This document shows positions 29,884 to 39,617 of a stretch of 64,000 nt of DNA, piece after piece. Source of the stretch: Planctomycetota bacterium (GTDB taxonomy: Bacteria; Planctomycetota; UBA11346); contig JBBRLJ010000017.1 in assembly GCA_038231435.1 (NCBI GenBank), forward strand, positions 32,001 to 96,000. Direction: 5' to 3'. The translations under genes and the position numbers were made by a program. Positions within the stretch are counted from its first letter, which is position 1, and every line of letters starts with the position of its first letter. Under the pieces are notes generated by a model that did not search any database, had not been told where the DNA came from, and saw only the letters and a list, made by a program, of their open reading frames with translations.

Positions 29884-30957
29884 ATGAGCGAACACGCCGA
29901 TCTCGCCGCGTCCGTGCGCGAAGCGCTGCGCAGCGTGCAGGATCCCGATCTGCACAAGGATCTGGTCGCGCTCGACATGGTGCGCGACATCAGCGTGCGC
30001 GAGGGAGTGGCGCGCTTCCGGCTGGTGCTCACCACCGGCGCCTGCCCGGTGAAGCAGCAGCTCGAGGACCAGTGCCGCGCCGCGGCGCTGTCGGTGGCCG
30101 GAGTCGTGCGCGCCGAGATCGCGGTCTCGGCCGAGGTGCCGAAGGGCGCGACGATGAGCGACGTGCTTCCCGGCGTGCGTCATGTGATTGGCATCGGCTC
30201 GGGCAAGGGTGGCGTGGGCAAGAGCACGGTGACGGTGAACCTCGCCTGCGCCCTGGCCGCGGCGGGCGCGCGCGTCGGCCTGCTCGACGCCGACATCTAT
30301 GGCCCGTCGATCCCGATGATGATGGGCATCAACCAGCAGCCTTTTGTTATCAACAAGAAGCTGGTGCCGGTGGTCGGCCATGGCGTGCGCCTGATCTCGA
30401 TGGGCTTCCTGCTCGACGAGAAGCAGCCGGTGATCTGGCGCGGGCCGATGATCGTGGGCGCGCTCAAGCAGTTCATCACCGACGTCGACTGGGGCGAGCT
30501 CGACTACCTGCTGGTGGACCTGCCACCCGGCACCGGCGACATCCAGTTGACCCTGACCCAGACCGTCCCGCTCGCCGGCGCGGTGATCGTATCCACGCCC
30601 CAGGCGGTGGCGCTCATGGACGCGCGGCGCTCGGTGGCGATGTTCGCGAAGGTGAACGTGCCGATCTTCGGCATCGTCGAGAACATGAGCGAATTCGTCT
30701 GCCCGAGCTGCGGACACGTCGAATCGATCTTCGGCCGCGGTGGCGCTGAACGCGAGGCCGCGGCCCTGGCGGTGCCGTTCCTGGGCTCGGTGCCGCTCGA
30801 GCCCGGCGTTCGCGCCGCCGGCGACGACGGCACGCCGATCGTCATCAGCGCGCCGCACAGCCGCAGCGCGCTCGCCTTCCGCGCGGTCGCCGAGAAGGTC
30901 GCGCAGCGCGCGAGCATCGCGGCGCTGGAGCCGGCGAAGACCCAGCCCCTGGGATAG
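29884..30957 (+). CDS. mrp: Mrp/ApbC (NBP35-like) Fe-S cluster carrier ATPase
   Basis: N-terminal FeS_assembly_P-like domain, SGKGGVGKST, DADIYGPS, DLPPGTGD, ENMS..CPSC. Confidence 0.95.
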   Translation: MSEHADLAASVREALRSVQDPDLHKDLVALDMVRDISVREGVARFRLVLTTGACPVKQQLEDQCRAAALSVAGVVRAEIAVSAEVPKGATMSDVLPGVRHVIGIGSGKGGVGKSTVTVNLACALAAAGARVGLLDADIYGPSIPMMMGINQQPFVINKKLVPVVGHGVRLISMGFLLDEKQPVIWRGPMIVGALKQFITDVDWGELDYLLVDLPPGTGDIQLTLTQTVPLAGAVIVSTPQAVALMDARRSVAMFAKVNVPIFGIVENMSEFVCPSCGHVESIFGRGGAEREAAALAVPFLGSVPLEPGVRAAGDDGTPIVISAPHSRSALAFRAVAEKVAQRASIAALEPAKTQPLG

Positions 30958-31050
30958 ACGGAGAAGATGGAAGAGCGAAGAAGGAAGATGAGCATGCCCG
31001 CCAGGCTGCCTCGTCGAGCTTCCATCTTCTTCTTCTCCCGTCTCCGGCAG

Positions 31051-31899
31051 TCACTCCCTGACTGCGACCTTGCACCCCGGCAGCACCAGGTCGAAGACCG
31101 CCGCGATATCCTCCTGCGCAAGCCGCACGCAACCGTGGCTGCTGCGCTTCTCCAGCCACGCGTCCGGGTGCTCGGCGGTGTAGCCATGGATGCCGATGCC
31201 CCGGAACGAAGCGTCCGGGAGCGGGTCGAAACCCATCCAGAATCCGCCGAGCACGTTTCCCGGATCCTTCGGTGCGAACAGCTTGTGGGTATCCGGATCC
31301 CGCCATTCGGGATCGCGCACGCTGACGGCGATGGTGGTGACGCCGAGCGGCGTCTCCTGCCCTGATTTCCCGACCGAGACCGGGAACGCGGCGACCAGCG
31401 TGCGGCCATGCCACACCAGCAGGCGGAACCGCGTCCGGCTCACTACCAGGGCCATGGGCACCGCCGCCGCGTCGATCAACTTGAGCGGCCGGCCGGGCAC
31501 GAGCTCGGGCCGACGATTCAGCCGCGCGATCATGCCCGCGCCGAGGCGATGCCGACGCGCGATCCCGGAGGCGGTCTCCTTCGCGGCGACCACGTGCAGT
31601 CCGACCCCGAGCCCTTCCATGCCTGGCACCAGTTCCGGCGACAGGAACACGCGGCGGCAATAGGGCGTGAGCCGATCGGCGAGCTTCGCCGCCCGCTCCG
31701 GCGTCGCCGCGATCACCACCTCGCTGCCCGCCACGATCAAGGGCACCACCCCAGCGGGATCGCGATCGGCGCGCGCGAACAGCGCCTCGAGCTCGGCTCC
31801 CGCCGCGTCCGCGCCCTCGACGAGGGAACCCGCGCCGACTCCAACGCCGATGAGGGAGCAGCCGATGAGCATAGCGATGATGACCGACGTCGCGCGCAC
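31051..31899 (-). CDS. L,D-transpeptidase (YkuD family) with LysM-like domain
   Basis: Signal peptide, HVVAAKETASGIARRH (LysM-like), catalytic GIGIHG...SSHGCVR. Confidence 0.9.
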   Translation of the reverse strand: MRATSVIIAMLIGCSLIGVGVGAGSLVEGADAAGAELEALFARADRDPAGVVPLIVAGSEVVIAATPERAAKLADRLTPYCRRVFLSPELVPGMEGLGVGLHVVAAKETASGIARRHRLGAGMIARLNRRPELVPGRPLKLIDAAAVPMALVVSRTRFRLLVWHGRTLVAAFPVSVGKSGQETPLGVTTIAVSVRDPEWRDPDTHKLFAPKDPGNVLGGFWMGFDPLPDASFRGIGIHGYTAEHPDAWLEKRSSHGCVRLAQEDIAAVFDLVLPGCKVAVRE

Positions 31900-31950
31900 G
31901 CGGCCATCCTAACGATGGATCACCTGCCCGGAAGCCGCTGGCCGCGCCAG

Positions 31951-32499
31951 CTAGTAGCGGTTGAGGCCGACCGGGTGCGCGAGCGGAGGTCGCGAACGGT
32001 GGCCCTGCTGATCGCGCTGCGGATCCACCAGTACCGCACGGCCATCGCGCAGGATCACGTACGAGGGATGCGCTGGATCCTGGCCGGCGACGCGGATCAC
32101 CTCGGTGTCCACGCCTTCCGCCAACGGCCCGTTCGGCGGCATCGCCGCAAGCTTGGCGGCGAGCGTGGAGTCGCCGTGCGAGGCCGTCGACCACGCGGCG
32201 CCCACCAGCAGCAGCAGGGTCGCGGCGATAGCGGCCGCCCAGGCGCGCGGCAGCCGATAGCGCAGGATACGGGGCCCGTGATCGGGAATGCCATGCTCGA
32301 GCGCCAGGGACACCAGGTCGTGGCGGGCGAGGCTCTCTTGGCAATCGCCGCAGCGCGAGAGATGCGCGAACAGCGCCGGGTCGCCCTCGGCGTCGAGCGT
32401 GCCGTCGGCGACCAGCGCCAGCAGCGCCTCGGCCTCGTCGCAGGCGAGCTCGCGGTCATCTGGTCCGCCACCAGGAAGAGTTGCCAGGGGATCGCTCAC
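31951..32499 (-). CDS. Zinc-binding (ZAS/zf-HC2) transmembrane anti-sigma factor
   Basis: HLSRCGDC (Hx3Cx2C) followed by a TM helix; overlaps the ECF sigma stop. Confidence 0.85.
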   Translation of the reverse strand: MSDPLATLPGGGPDDRELACDEAEALLALVADGTLDAEGDPALFAHLSRCGDCQESLARHDLVSLALEHGIPDHGPRILRYRLPRAWAAAIAATLLLLVGAAWSTASHGDSTLAAKLAAMPPNGPLAEGVDTEVIRVAGQDPAHPSYVILRDGRAVLVDPQRDQQGHRSRPPLAHPVGLNRY

Positions 32500-33074
32500 A
32501 GCTCGCCCTCGGCGATGTCATCGAGCCGGGTCTTGAGGGTGGCACGTCCGCGGCACAGGCGCACCTCGACAGCCTGCCTGCTGATGCCGAGGCGCTCGGC
32601 GATGGCGATGTGGTCGAGCCCTTCCTCAACGCGTAGGCGGATGACCTCGCGCTGGCTGTAAGGCAGCTCGGCGAGCGCCCGACGCACAGCCGCCAGGCGC
32701 TCGTCGCTGACGACCTGATCTCCGGGGCCGCGGCCGAGGTCGCCGACCGCGGGGTGCTCGCCGAGGGCATCGCTCGAATGCTGCCGGCGGCGATCCTCGC
32801 GGCGCAGATGGTCGAGGCAGGCGTTGCGTGCGAGCTGGAACAGCCAGCCGCGGATCGCCGCGACATCGCGCACGCTGTCGACTCGGCGCAGCACCTTGAG
32901 GCTGACTTCCTGGTAGAGGTCGTCGACGGTGGCCGCGTCGCGGACGTAACGCTGGATGACGCGGCGGAGGGTGCCCTCCTCACGGGTCAGCAGGTAGAGG
33001 GCCTGCGTCGCCTCAGGCACGGCGGACGGCACGGCGGACACGGCCAAGGGCAGGGATGCGGCGGCCATCGCCAT
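32496..33074 (-). CDS. ECF RNA polymerase sigma factor
   Basis: DDLYQEVSLK, GWLFQLARNACLDHLRR (region 2); LPYSQREVIRL..IAERLGISRQAVEVRLCRGR (region 4); start uncertain. Confidence 0.92.
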   Translation of the reverse strand: MAMAAASLPLAVSAVPSAVPEATQALYLLTREEGTLRRVIQRYVRDAATVDDLYQEVSLKVLRRVDSVRDVAAIRGWLFQLARNACLDHLRREDRRRQHSSDALGEHPAVGDLGRGPGDQVVSDERLAAVRRALAELPYSQREVIRLRVEEGLDHIAIAERLGISRQAVEVRLCRGRATLKTRLDDIAEGEL

Positions 33075-33282
33075 GATAGACGATGGCGGGGCCGATGAGC
33101 TTACATCGCTCCTGACAGTGTGGATGGCACCGTGGATGGCACCGGCTCCGGCCGCTTCGGTACGATCGCCATCCGAGCCCATGGCATGAGCTTACGCCAA
33201 GTGGGCGGAATTCCAGGCGGCGTGAGTACGCGGCAGAGGAAGGCGATACGCGCGGGGGCCCAGAGGAGGCCTCCGGAGGCAG

Positions 33283-34509
33283 TCATTCGATGACGGTGGT
33301 TACCGGCGTCACGTCGCTGATGCAGGCCTTGGTGCGCAGCAGGCCCGCGACCTTGGCGCGCAGGGCTTCGCGTCGCAGACGGCGCAGGCCCGCCTCGAGT
33401 TCGCCGGTGACCTCCTCGAAACTGCGCACGCGCGCATCCTCGCGCTCGAGCACGTAGACCAGGCAGGCCGCCTGGTTGGACACGAACACGTCCGACATCG
33501 CGCCCTTCGCCAGCGCGAACACGTGGCTGTCGAAGTCCTCGGTGAAGTACTTCGGCTCGACCCATCCCAGTTCGCCGCCATCGGCGGCGTTGGGGCCCTG
33601 GGTCAGGCGTTTGGCGGCGGCACGGAAGGCTTCCTCGAGCTTGTCCGGGGCGAGCCCATCGAGGCCGTCGCGCACCGTCCGCAGGGCCTTCTCGGTCTGC
33701 TCAAGGTCGCGGATAGCCGCCGACTGGGTGCCGATCTCGAGGGCGACGCGCACACACTCGCGGCTCTTGGGATCGAGGTCGGGGCGGGTATCGGCGGCGG
33801 CGATCTCGGCGACGCACTCGTCGAGCAGGCGATCCTGCTCGGGCCTGGTAACCTCCTCCTTGAGGTAGGCCTCGAGGCGCGAGGTCGCGGCCTGCGCGAT
33901 CGTCGCGTCCGGTGCGTCCTGCGCGCGCTTGAACAGCTCGGTCTTGGCGCGGCGCAGATCCTTCTCGAGCCCCGGATCACTGGGGCGGAAGATGATCTGC
34001 AGGACGCGCGCCCGCGCGGGGCGGTGGAAATCCTGCTGGCGTTGCTGGTAGGCGCTCCACAGCGACGCCGGCGTGGCCTCGGGCGTGCGAATATCGTAAT
34101 AATAGTTCAGCAGGGTCTCGATCGACTCCTGGCGTTCGAGGATGCGGCGCGCGGCGGCCTGGGCGGCTAGCGAGATGTCGGTGTTGGTCTCCTTCGCGCG
34201 CGTGAGCACCTCGAGCACGATGCGGTCGTGGTCGGGGAGGAACTTCAGCTCCTTGGCCTTCTGCACCATGAGCGCGTCGTTGGTGAGCTGCTCGAGCGAC
34301 TCCTGCATGAACGGGATCATCTCGGTCTTCGAGAGCGGCGTGACCTTGCCGCGCCGCTTGAAGTCCTCGATGCGCTCGCCGGTGCGCAGCCACACCTGTG
34401 ATGCGGTGATGACCTCGCCGTTGACGTAGCGCAGCGCCATGTCGCTCGGCACCGCCGCCCAGACGGCGGATACCGTCGAGAGCAGCAGGATGACCAGGAA
34501 CACGCGCAT
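33283..34509 (-). CDS. SurA/PpiC (parvulin)-type periplasmic peptidyl-prolyl isomerase
   Basis: Signal peptide, VNGEVIT N-domain, ARVLQIIF, DGGELGWV, FDSHVFAL. Confidence 0.8.
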   Translation of the reverse strand: MRVFLVILLLSTVSAVWAAVPSDMALRYVNGEVITASQVWLRTGERIEDFKRRGKVTPLSKTEMIPFMQESLEQLTNDALMVQKAKELKFLPDHDRIVLEVLTRAKETNTDISLAAQAAARRILERQESIETLLNYYYDIRTPEATPASLWSAYQQRQQDFHRPARARVLQIIFRPSDPGLEKDLRRAKTELFKRAQDAPDATIAQAATSRLEAYLKEEVTRPEQDRLLDECVAEIAAADTRPDLDPKSRECVRVALEIGTQSAAIRDLEQTEKALRTVRDGLDGLAPDKLEEAFRAAAKRLTQGPNAADGGELGWVEPKYFTEDFDSHVFALAKGAMSDVFVSNQAACLVYVLEREDARVRSFEEVTGELEAGLRRLRREALRAKVAGLLRTKACISDVTPVTTVIE

Positions 34510-34566
34510 GGGTCGGGAGTGTACTCGGACGTCTGGATCGGCAATGCTTCAGGGGTCTGCCCCTAT

Positions 34567-34952
34567 GGCCCGCCAGGGCCGTAGGGGCGAAGCCCCTGAC
34601 ATACACAAGCGGGGGCCCCATCGCCCTGCGATGGGGCGGGCGCCGAGCAGTGGTCGGCGGATACAATGGGCGTAGCCCATCCGCCGACGAATTGGCCGGC
34701 GTCTCCGCCGGCCAATTCGAACTGCGACAAAGCCCGTGGGGTAGGCCCGCCAGGGCCGTAGGGGCGAATCCCCTGACATACACAAGCGGGGGCCCCATCG
34801 CCCTGCGATGGGGCGGGCGCCGAGCAGTGGTCGGCGGATACAATGGGCGTAGCCCATCCGCCGACGATTTGGCCGGCGTCTCCGCCGGCCAAATCGAACT
34901 GCGACAAAGCCCGTGGGGTAGGCCCGCCAGGGCCGTAGGGGCGAAGCCCCTG
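34567..34952. repeat. Family A repeat as a tandem array: two 177-bp units plus a partial third
   Basis: Units start at 34567, 34744 and 34921; the two full units differ at only 3 positions that I could see. Confidence 0.92.
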
Positions 34953-34954
34953 TG

Positions 34955-35584
34955 TTAATTCAAGTAGATCTCGACGCGCCGATTGCGGCCCTTGTCCTCG
35001 CCGGCGGCGGCGCGGGGATCGAGTTGGCCGCGGAACGAGCCGTTGAGGCGATCCGACGAGACGCCGGCCTTCTCGAGGGCGCGCACCACCGCAGCGGCGC
35101 GGGCTCCGGAGAGACCCCAGTTGTCGGTGTACTTCTCCTTGGTCGAAGCCTTGGCCACCGGCGTGTCGTCGGTGAAGCCCTTGACCACGACCTTCTTGCC
35201 GGCGTTGTCGCCTTCGTTGAGGCGCGCGGCGAGGCGTTCGATGGCCTTCTGGCCGTCCTCATTGAGGTCGGCCGAACCCTTGGCGAAGGCGAAGTCGTCG
35301 GGCAGCGCCACGCCGCCGGACGAGGTGGTTTCGAAGCCCTCGATCGGTCCACCGGAGATGGTGGTGCCAAGGGTCGCGCCCTGGTTCTCGTTGGCCATGG
35401 CAAGGCGGTTCTCGAGCTGAGCGTTGCGCTGGCGGGCCGCATCGAGCTCCTGCATCAGGCGCTGGTTCTCGCTGCGGTACTCGTCTTCGGCCACATTGGA
35501 GCCGCTACCGCCGCCACGCATGCGGCAACCGCTCAGGGCGATCGCGGCGACGAGGGGGACGAGCAGCACGAGGCGGAGGTTCAT
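34955..35584 (-). CDS. OmpA/MotB-like peptidoglycan-binding lipoprotein
   Basis: Lipobox ALSG|C, coiled coil, FAKGSADL, GFTDDTP, NWGLSGARAAAV, RNRRVEI. Confidence 0.9.
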   Translation of the reverse strand: MNLRLVLLVPLVAAIALSGCRMRGGGSGSNVAEDEYRSENQRLMQELDAARQRNAQLENRLAMANENQGATLGTTISGGPIEGFETTSSGGVALPDDFAFAKGSADLNEDGQKAIERLAARLNEGDNAGKKVVVKGFTDDTPVAKASTKEKYTDNWGLSGARAAAVVRALEKAGVSSDRLNGSFRGQLDPRAAAGEDKGRNRRVEIYLN

Positions 35585-35776
35585 GTGGTCTCCCGGAAGG
35601 GGGTTGTCGCTACGCGCAGGCACGTGCGATGAAGCGGGAACGCTAGTCTGTGAGCGGCAAAGGGCAAGGGTCGCGAGTGGCGGGATCCGTGGAGGGAAGT
35701 CCGACTGCGCCGCCAACGGAAGCGGGCGCCCCATAAAGGGCGCCCGCGGTCTGATCCGAGCCGTACGGCCTTCCGA

Positions 35777-36790
35777 TCATTTCGGCAGGTCGACGCCCTC
35801 TTCCTTGATGTCGTTGTTGACCGTGCGTTCGACGATCGGGAAGCCTTCGCCGGCAGCATTGAAGGCCGTGCGGCCATCGTCGGAGACGCGCACCATGATG
35901 AAGCTCTTCTGGCGCTCGTTCTCGGCGAGCTTCTTGTTGCGGTACTTGTCGATGCGCCATTCAGCCTGGGTATCGACGCCGGCGATGTCGCGGAACTCGC
36001 TGTCCTGGTGGAGATCCTTGAACTTCTTCGCGTTCGGTTCGACCGAGAAGCCGGCGAGGCCGCCGGCCATGGTCGTCCACATGTTGTCCTGGACGCCGCG
36101 GCGGGTCTCGGTCTTGCCCCAGGTGCTCTTGTGCGTGTCGTCGTTGGTCGGCCACATCGACATGAAGTAGTACGGGATGATCAGGAAGGCACCGATCACC
36201 AGGATCAGGGCCATCAGGACGATCCACACCGGATGGACCTTCTGGATCTCGACGCGGGCGCGGTTCGAGCGCACGCTGCGCCGGCTGTCGCCCTTGGCGT
36301 TGGACGAGGATTGGTCATCGCCCGACGAGGTGTGGAAGTCCACCGGCGCGGTGGTCGCGCCGACATTGGTCTCGTCGACCGCGGTCATGACCGCGGTGTT
36401 GGAATCGGTGAAGCTCAGCCCCGACTTGTCGCCCTGCTTCTCCTCGAAGGACAGGTCGCGGGTGTTGGTGTCGTCGAAGTTCACCACTTCCAGCTCGTCG
36501 CCGAAGGTGATCGATTCACCGCTGTTGGTGTCCTTGCCCTTGGATTGGACGATGGTCTCGGAGGTGTCGTCGACCACCTTGCCGAGATCGATCGAGAGGT
36601 TGTCGCTATCGCCGGTGAGGACGATGGTGCCGTCCTCTTCCTTCAGCTTGTCGACGTCTTCCTTGTTCAGCATCAGCTTGCCGCCCACGCGCTGGGCGCG
36701 GATGGTGCCGGCATTGACGTGGTTCTGCAGCGCGTCGTCGTCGCAACCGAGGGTCTGCTTGGCTTCCTTGGCGTCGATCATGTCGGCCAT
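35777..36790 (-). CDS. Excisionase-like HTH + acidic linker + TM protein
   Basis: N-terminal IDAKEAKQTLGC...GTIRAQRVGGKLMLNKEDVD (HTH_17-like), D/E/S/T-rich linker, TM WIVLMALILVIGAFLIIPYYF. Confidence 0.8.
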   Translation of the reverse strand: MADMIDAKEAKQTLGCDDDALQNHVNAGTIRAQRVGGKLMLNKEDVDKLKEEDGTIVLTGDSDNLSIDLGKVVDDTSETIVQSKGKDTNSGESITFGDELEVVNFDDTNTRDLSFEEKQGDKSGLSFTDSNTAVMTAVDETNVGATTAPVDFHTSSGDDQSSSNAKGDSRRSVRSNRARVEIQKVHPVWIVLMALILVIGAFLIIPYYFMSMWPTNDDTHKSTWGKTETRRGVQDNMWTTMAGGLAGFSVEPNAKKFKDLHQDSEFRDIAGVDTQAEWRIDKYRNKKLAENERQKSFIMVRVSDDGRTAFNAAGEGFPIVERTVNNDIKEEGVDLPK

Positions 36791-36943
36791 AGCTGTGCTC
36801 CGCTCCGGGGGTTATCCGGATCAAGGGTCGGAAAAGGAATGACTCCGTCGGGACTGGGTCCCAGGGGCGCAAGGTTAGATCAGCCGGAGGATTGCATCAA
36901 GGAGGCAGGAAGGGGGGAGGGCGGGGAGGCTCACACGCTTTCA

Positions 36944-36989
36944 GTTGGGGGGCTACGGCCCCCCAACATCGGCCTCCGGCCTGCCCCCC
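36944..36989 (+). repeat. Family B repeat
   Basis: Identical to 2338-2383; contains the stop codon of the - strand DUF455-like gene. Confidence 0.85.
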
Positions 36990-37915
36990 GGAAGCCGGGG
37001 AGAAGGGTAGGTGGGCAGCGGAACGGCCCCGGGGCGGGGCGTTTCGGCTGGGGAATCGTGGGTATTCGAGGCCTCCGGCTTGTCACGGCTAGCCTTGCGG
37101 CTCTCCCGCTGCGGCGCCCCGGGCATCGGGGTTTCGAGCACGGCCAGCTCGGCTGCCGTGAAGCCGGCTTGGATCCGGCCGGGGCGGTCGAGGGGGAAGG
37201 GGGAGGGCAGCTGGTCGGGGAAGTGGCGGCGGACGGTGGTGGCGAAGTGGACCTCGGGATCGAGGCCCTGGCTGGCGCACCACCAGGTGTGCCAGCGCGA
37301 GCCGATGGCGACGTGGCGGATCTCGTCGTGGTAGATGCGCGCGATGATGGCGCCGGCCGTGGCGTCGATGGCGGTGAGCCGGGGGACGAGGCCGGCCGAG
37401 ACGTCGAGGCCGCGGGCCTCGAGATAGCGCGGCACCACCACCAGCTGCTCGCCCAGGTCGAGCGCGGCGAGCGCGGCGTCCCACAGGCGGTGGTGGATCG
37501 GATGGGTTCCCGGCGGGCAGGCGTTGGCGACCAGCCAGGATTCCACCAGCGCGGCATGCTCCGCCTCCTCGCGGGCGATCTGGAGGAAGTCCTCATGCAG
37601 CGCGACGGGCGCTCCGCTCGCGCGCAGGCACAGCAGCACGGCGAGATCCACCGCGCTCAGCTCGATGTGGTGGATGGCATGCAGGAACCGCGCGCGCGCG
37701 GCGAGATCCTTGAGCGGCCGGCGCCGGCGCGGCGGATCGGCGACCTCGCGGAAGCACGCGGCGCGACCGGGTCGCGCCGGCAACGCTGGCGCTGCCCAGG
37801 TCGTGCCGTCGGCGGGTGCTGGCAACGTCGCGAGCAAGGCGGCCTTGGTCTGCCCAGTCGGCGCCGCGATCACGGCGAGCAGTAGTCGTCCATGATCGGC
37901 GTGCGAGGGATCCAC
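36953..37915 (-). CDS. Ferritin-like di-iron protein (DUF455-like)
   Basis: LHAIHHIELSAVDL, EEAEH, LEARGLDV, DEIRHVAIGSRW; start uncertain. Confidence 0.85.
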   Translation of the reverse strand: MDPSHADHGRLLLAVIAAPTGQTKAALLATLPAPADGTTWAAPALPARPGRAACFREVADPPRRRRPLKDLAARARFLHAIHHIELSAVDLAVLLCLRASGAPVALHEDFLQIAREEAEHAALVESWLVANACPPGTHPIHHRLWDAALAALDLGEQLVVVPRYLEARGLDVSAGLVPRLTAIDATAGAIIARIYHDEIRHVAIGSRWHTWWCASQGLDPEVHFATTVRRHFPDQLPSPFPLDRPGRIQAGFTAAELAVLETPMPGAPQRESRKASRDKPEASNTHDSPAETPRPGAVPLPTYPSPRLPGGRPEADVGGP

Positions 37916-38027
37916 TCGCGCATCTCAGCGACGGATGGCGGGCAGGGAAGCGGCCAAGCGGCATGCGAGCGAGACGTCGAGCGGGTGGCCCACGAGGCCG
38001 AGCGCGGGGTTGCCGGTGTCCGCCGTG

Positions 38028-38663
38028 CTACCGTGCCTCGACCCCGCGTCGCAGCAGTTCCTCGCGTACCAGGAAGCGCACGCGGTTGATGTCGACGTGG
38101 CTGCCGGGACAGGCGGTCTCCTTCCCTGGCACGTCGCGATGGCCGATGATGCGCGTCGAGGACAGCGTCGGCACGTGCTCGACCAAGAGCGCGCACAGTT
38201 CGATCAGGCGCGCCTGCACGTACGGATCCAATTGGTCGTCATCGTAGTTGCCGATGACGCAGATGCCGATGCCATCCTGATTGTAGGGCGATTGGCTGGG
38301 CCCCGAGCCGGCATGGGCGCCGTGATACTGCTGCTTCCAGCGCCAAGTGGCGTCGACGCGTCCGCGCGGCATGGGACGGCCGTTGCCGATAACGAAGTGG
38401 TATCCGATGCCGTCCCAGCCGCGGTCCTTGACGTGGGCAGCGTCGATGGTCGAGGTGTCGCCGGAGCGGTAGGCGCTGTGGTGGATCACGATCCAGCGCC
38501 AGGAATGCATCGGCGTCTCGATCGGCGGCGCGATCGATCGCCATTCGACGCGCTCGTCGCCGGCTGGCGTGTGCAGCAACCAGAAGATCAGGCAGGTGAA
38601 GCCCAGGGATGCGAGCAGCGCGAGGACGCGCGCGCCCCGATCCGGTGACGCGCCCGGCGTCAT
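38028..38663 (-). CDS. N-acetylmuramoyl-L-alanine amidase (Amidase_2/PGRP-like)
   Basis: N-terminal TM; IVIHHS, GWDGIGYHFVIGNG, GAHAG, GIGICVIGNY, GHRDV..TACPG. Confidence 0.92.
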   Translation of the reverse strand: MTPGASPDRGARVLALLASLGFTCLIFWLLHTPAGDERVEWRSIAPPIETPMHSWRWIVIHHSAYRSGDTSTIDAAHVKDRGWDGIGYHFVIGNGRPMPRGRVDATWRWKQQYHGAHAGSGPSQSPYNQDGIGICVIGNYDDDQLDPYVQARLIELCALLVEHVPTLSSTRIIGHRDVPGKETACPGSHVDINRVRFLVREELLRRGVEAR

Positions 38664-38761
38664 CGTGCCTGGATCTGCTGGAGTAGCCGCCGAACCATTC
38701 GCCGCAGCATCCGCTGAGGCATCTGAAGAAGTCCGTCGACGGTCATGTTCAGGTCGTCGCG

Positions 38762-39220
38762 CTACTGGTCGAGGAACACCGCGGCCTCGGCGATCGGCAG
38801 CAGGTTGCCGTCGGCGAGGCGGCGGTTGCGCAGGGCCAGGCGCCAATACGGGCGCAGGCGCGCGTTCATGGTACGCGCGTGCGCCTCGAGACGCTTCCAG
38901 GTCGCGCCCAGATCGCGCACCGGTCCCGCGTGCGGGAGCGACAGCGCGTGCAGCTGGCGATAATCCTCAACCGACATCGCGCCCATCGATCGGCCCATGC
39001 CGGTGATCGGCGTGCCGACCTGGCATTCCCACATGGACGGAAGCTGGTCGCTCGGGGGCATGTTGAAGAAGATGGCGGCTGCACCGTAGGGCTCCACCTC
39101 CTGGCCTTCGAGCAAGCGCATGACCTCGGCCACCTGATCGAACGGATCGGCAGGATAGCCGGGGCACGAGAGCCCGGCGAAGCGCAGGTTGCCTTCGCGT
39201 GCGAGTTTCGGTTCGGCCAT
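38762..39220 (-). CDS. Hypothetical protein, possibly GyrI-like effector-binding domain
   Basis: 152 aa; ALSLPHAGPVRDLGATWKRL resembles the GyrI-like H-x-G-P-Y helix motif. Confidence 0.55.
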   Translation of the reverse strand: MAEPKLAREGNLRFAGLSCPGYPADPFDQVAEVMRLLEGQEVEPYGAAAIFFNMPPSDQLPSMWECQVGTPITGMGRSMGAMSVEDYRQLHALSLPHAGPVRDLGATWKRLEAHARTMNARLRPYWRLALRNRRLADGNLLPIAEAAVFLDQ

Positions 39221-39617
39221 GGGTCCTCGCTGGTGCCCCCCATTACTGCCACGCCATCGACCAGGCAAGCAGTGGCGGACTCGCCGGGCCAGCGGCTGGG
39301 CGGGTGCCGGTAGGCCTTGCTTTGAGGTTAGTCGGACAACAATGCGGTCAAATATACACGAATTCACGCGCACGTATGCTACGGCGCGAGCATTGGGCGA
39401 CGAATCGAGCATCCCGAGCAGCGTCGAAGGTAGGAAGTCGAAAACGGAAGTCGAAAGCAGCGAGTTGAAAGCAGAGAGTCGAATGGATCTGAATATCGAA
39501 GTGCGCATCGCCGACGACGTACGCTCCGCGAACGACCGATCCGTCGTGCGGTCCTGCTCAGTGCCCATGTCAATGATCAGTTCAATAATCAACCAACAGA
39601 ACCAGTGAGGTGACCCA

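Noticed and set aside
34567..34952. Possible CRISPR array
   Set aside because: The units are 177-bp near-identical tandem copies with no unique spacers, and there are no cas genes in the window.
33977..34958. ORFs with duplicated 59-aa peptides
   Set aside because: Translation artefacts of the 177-bp (59-codon) tandem repeat.
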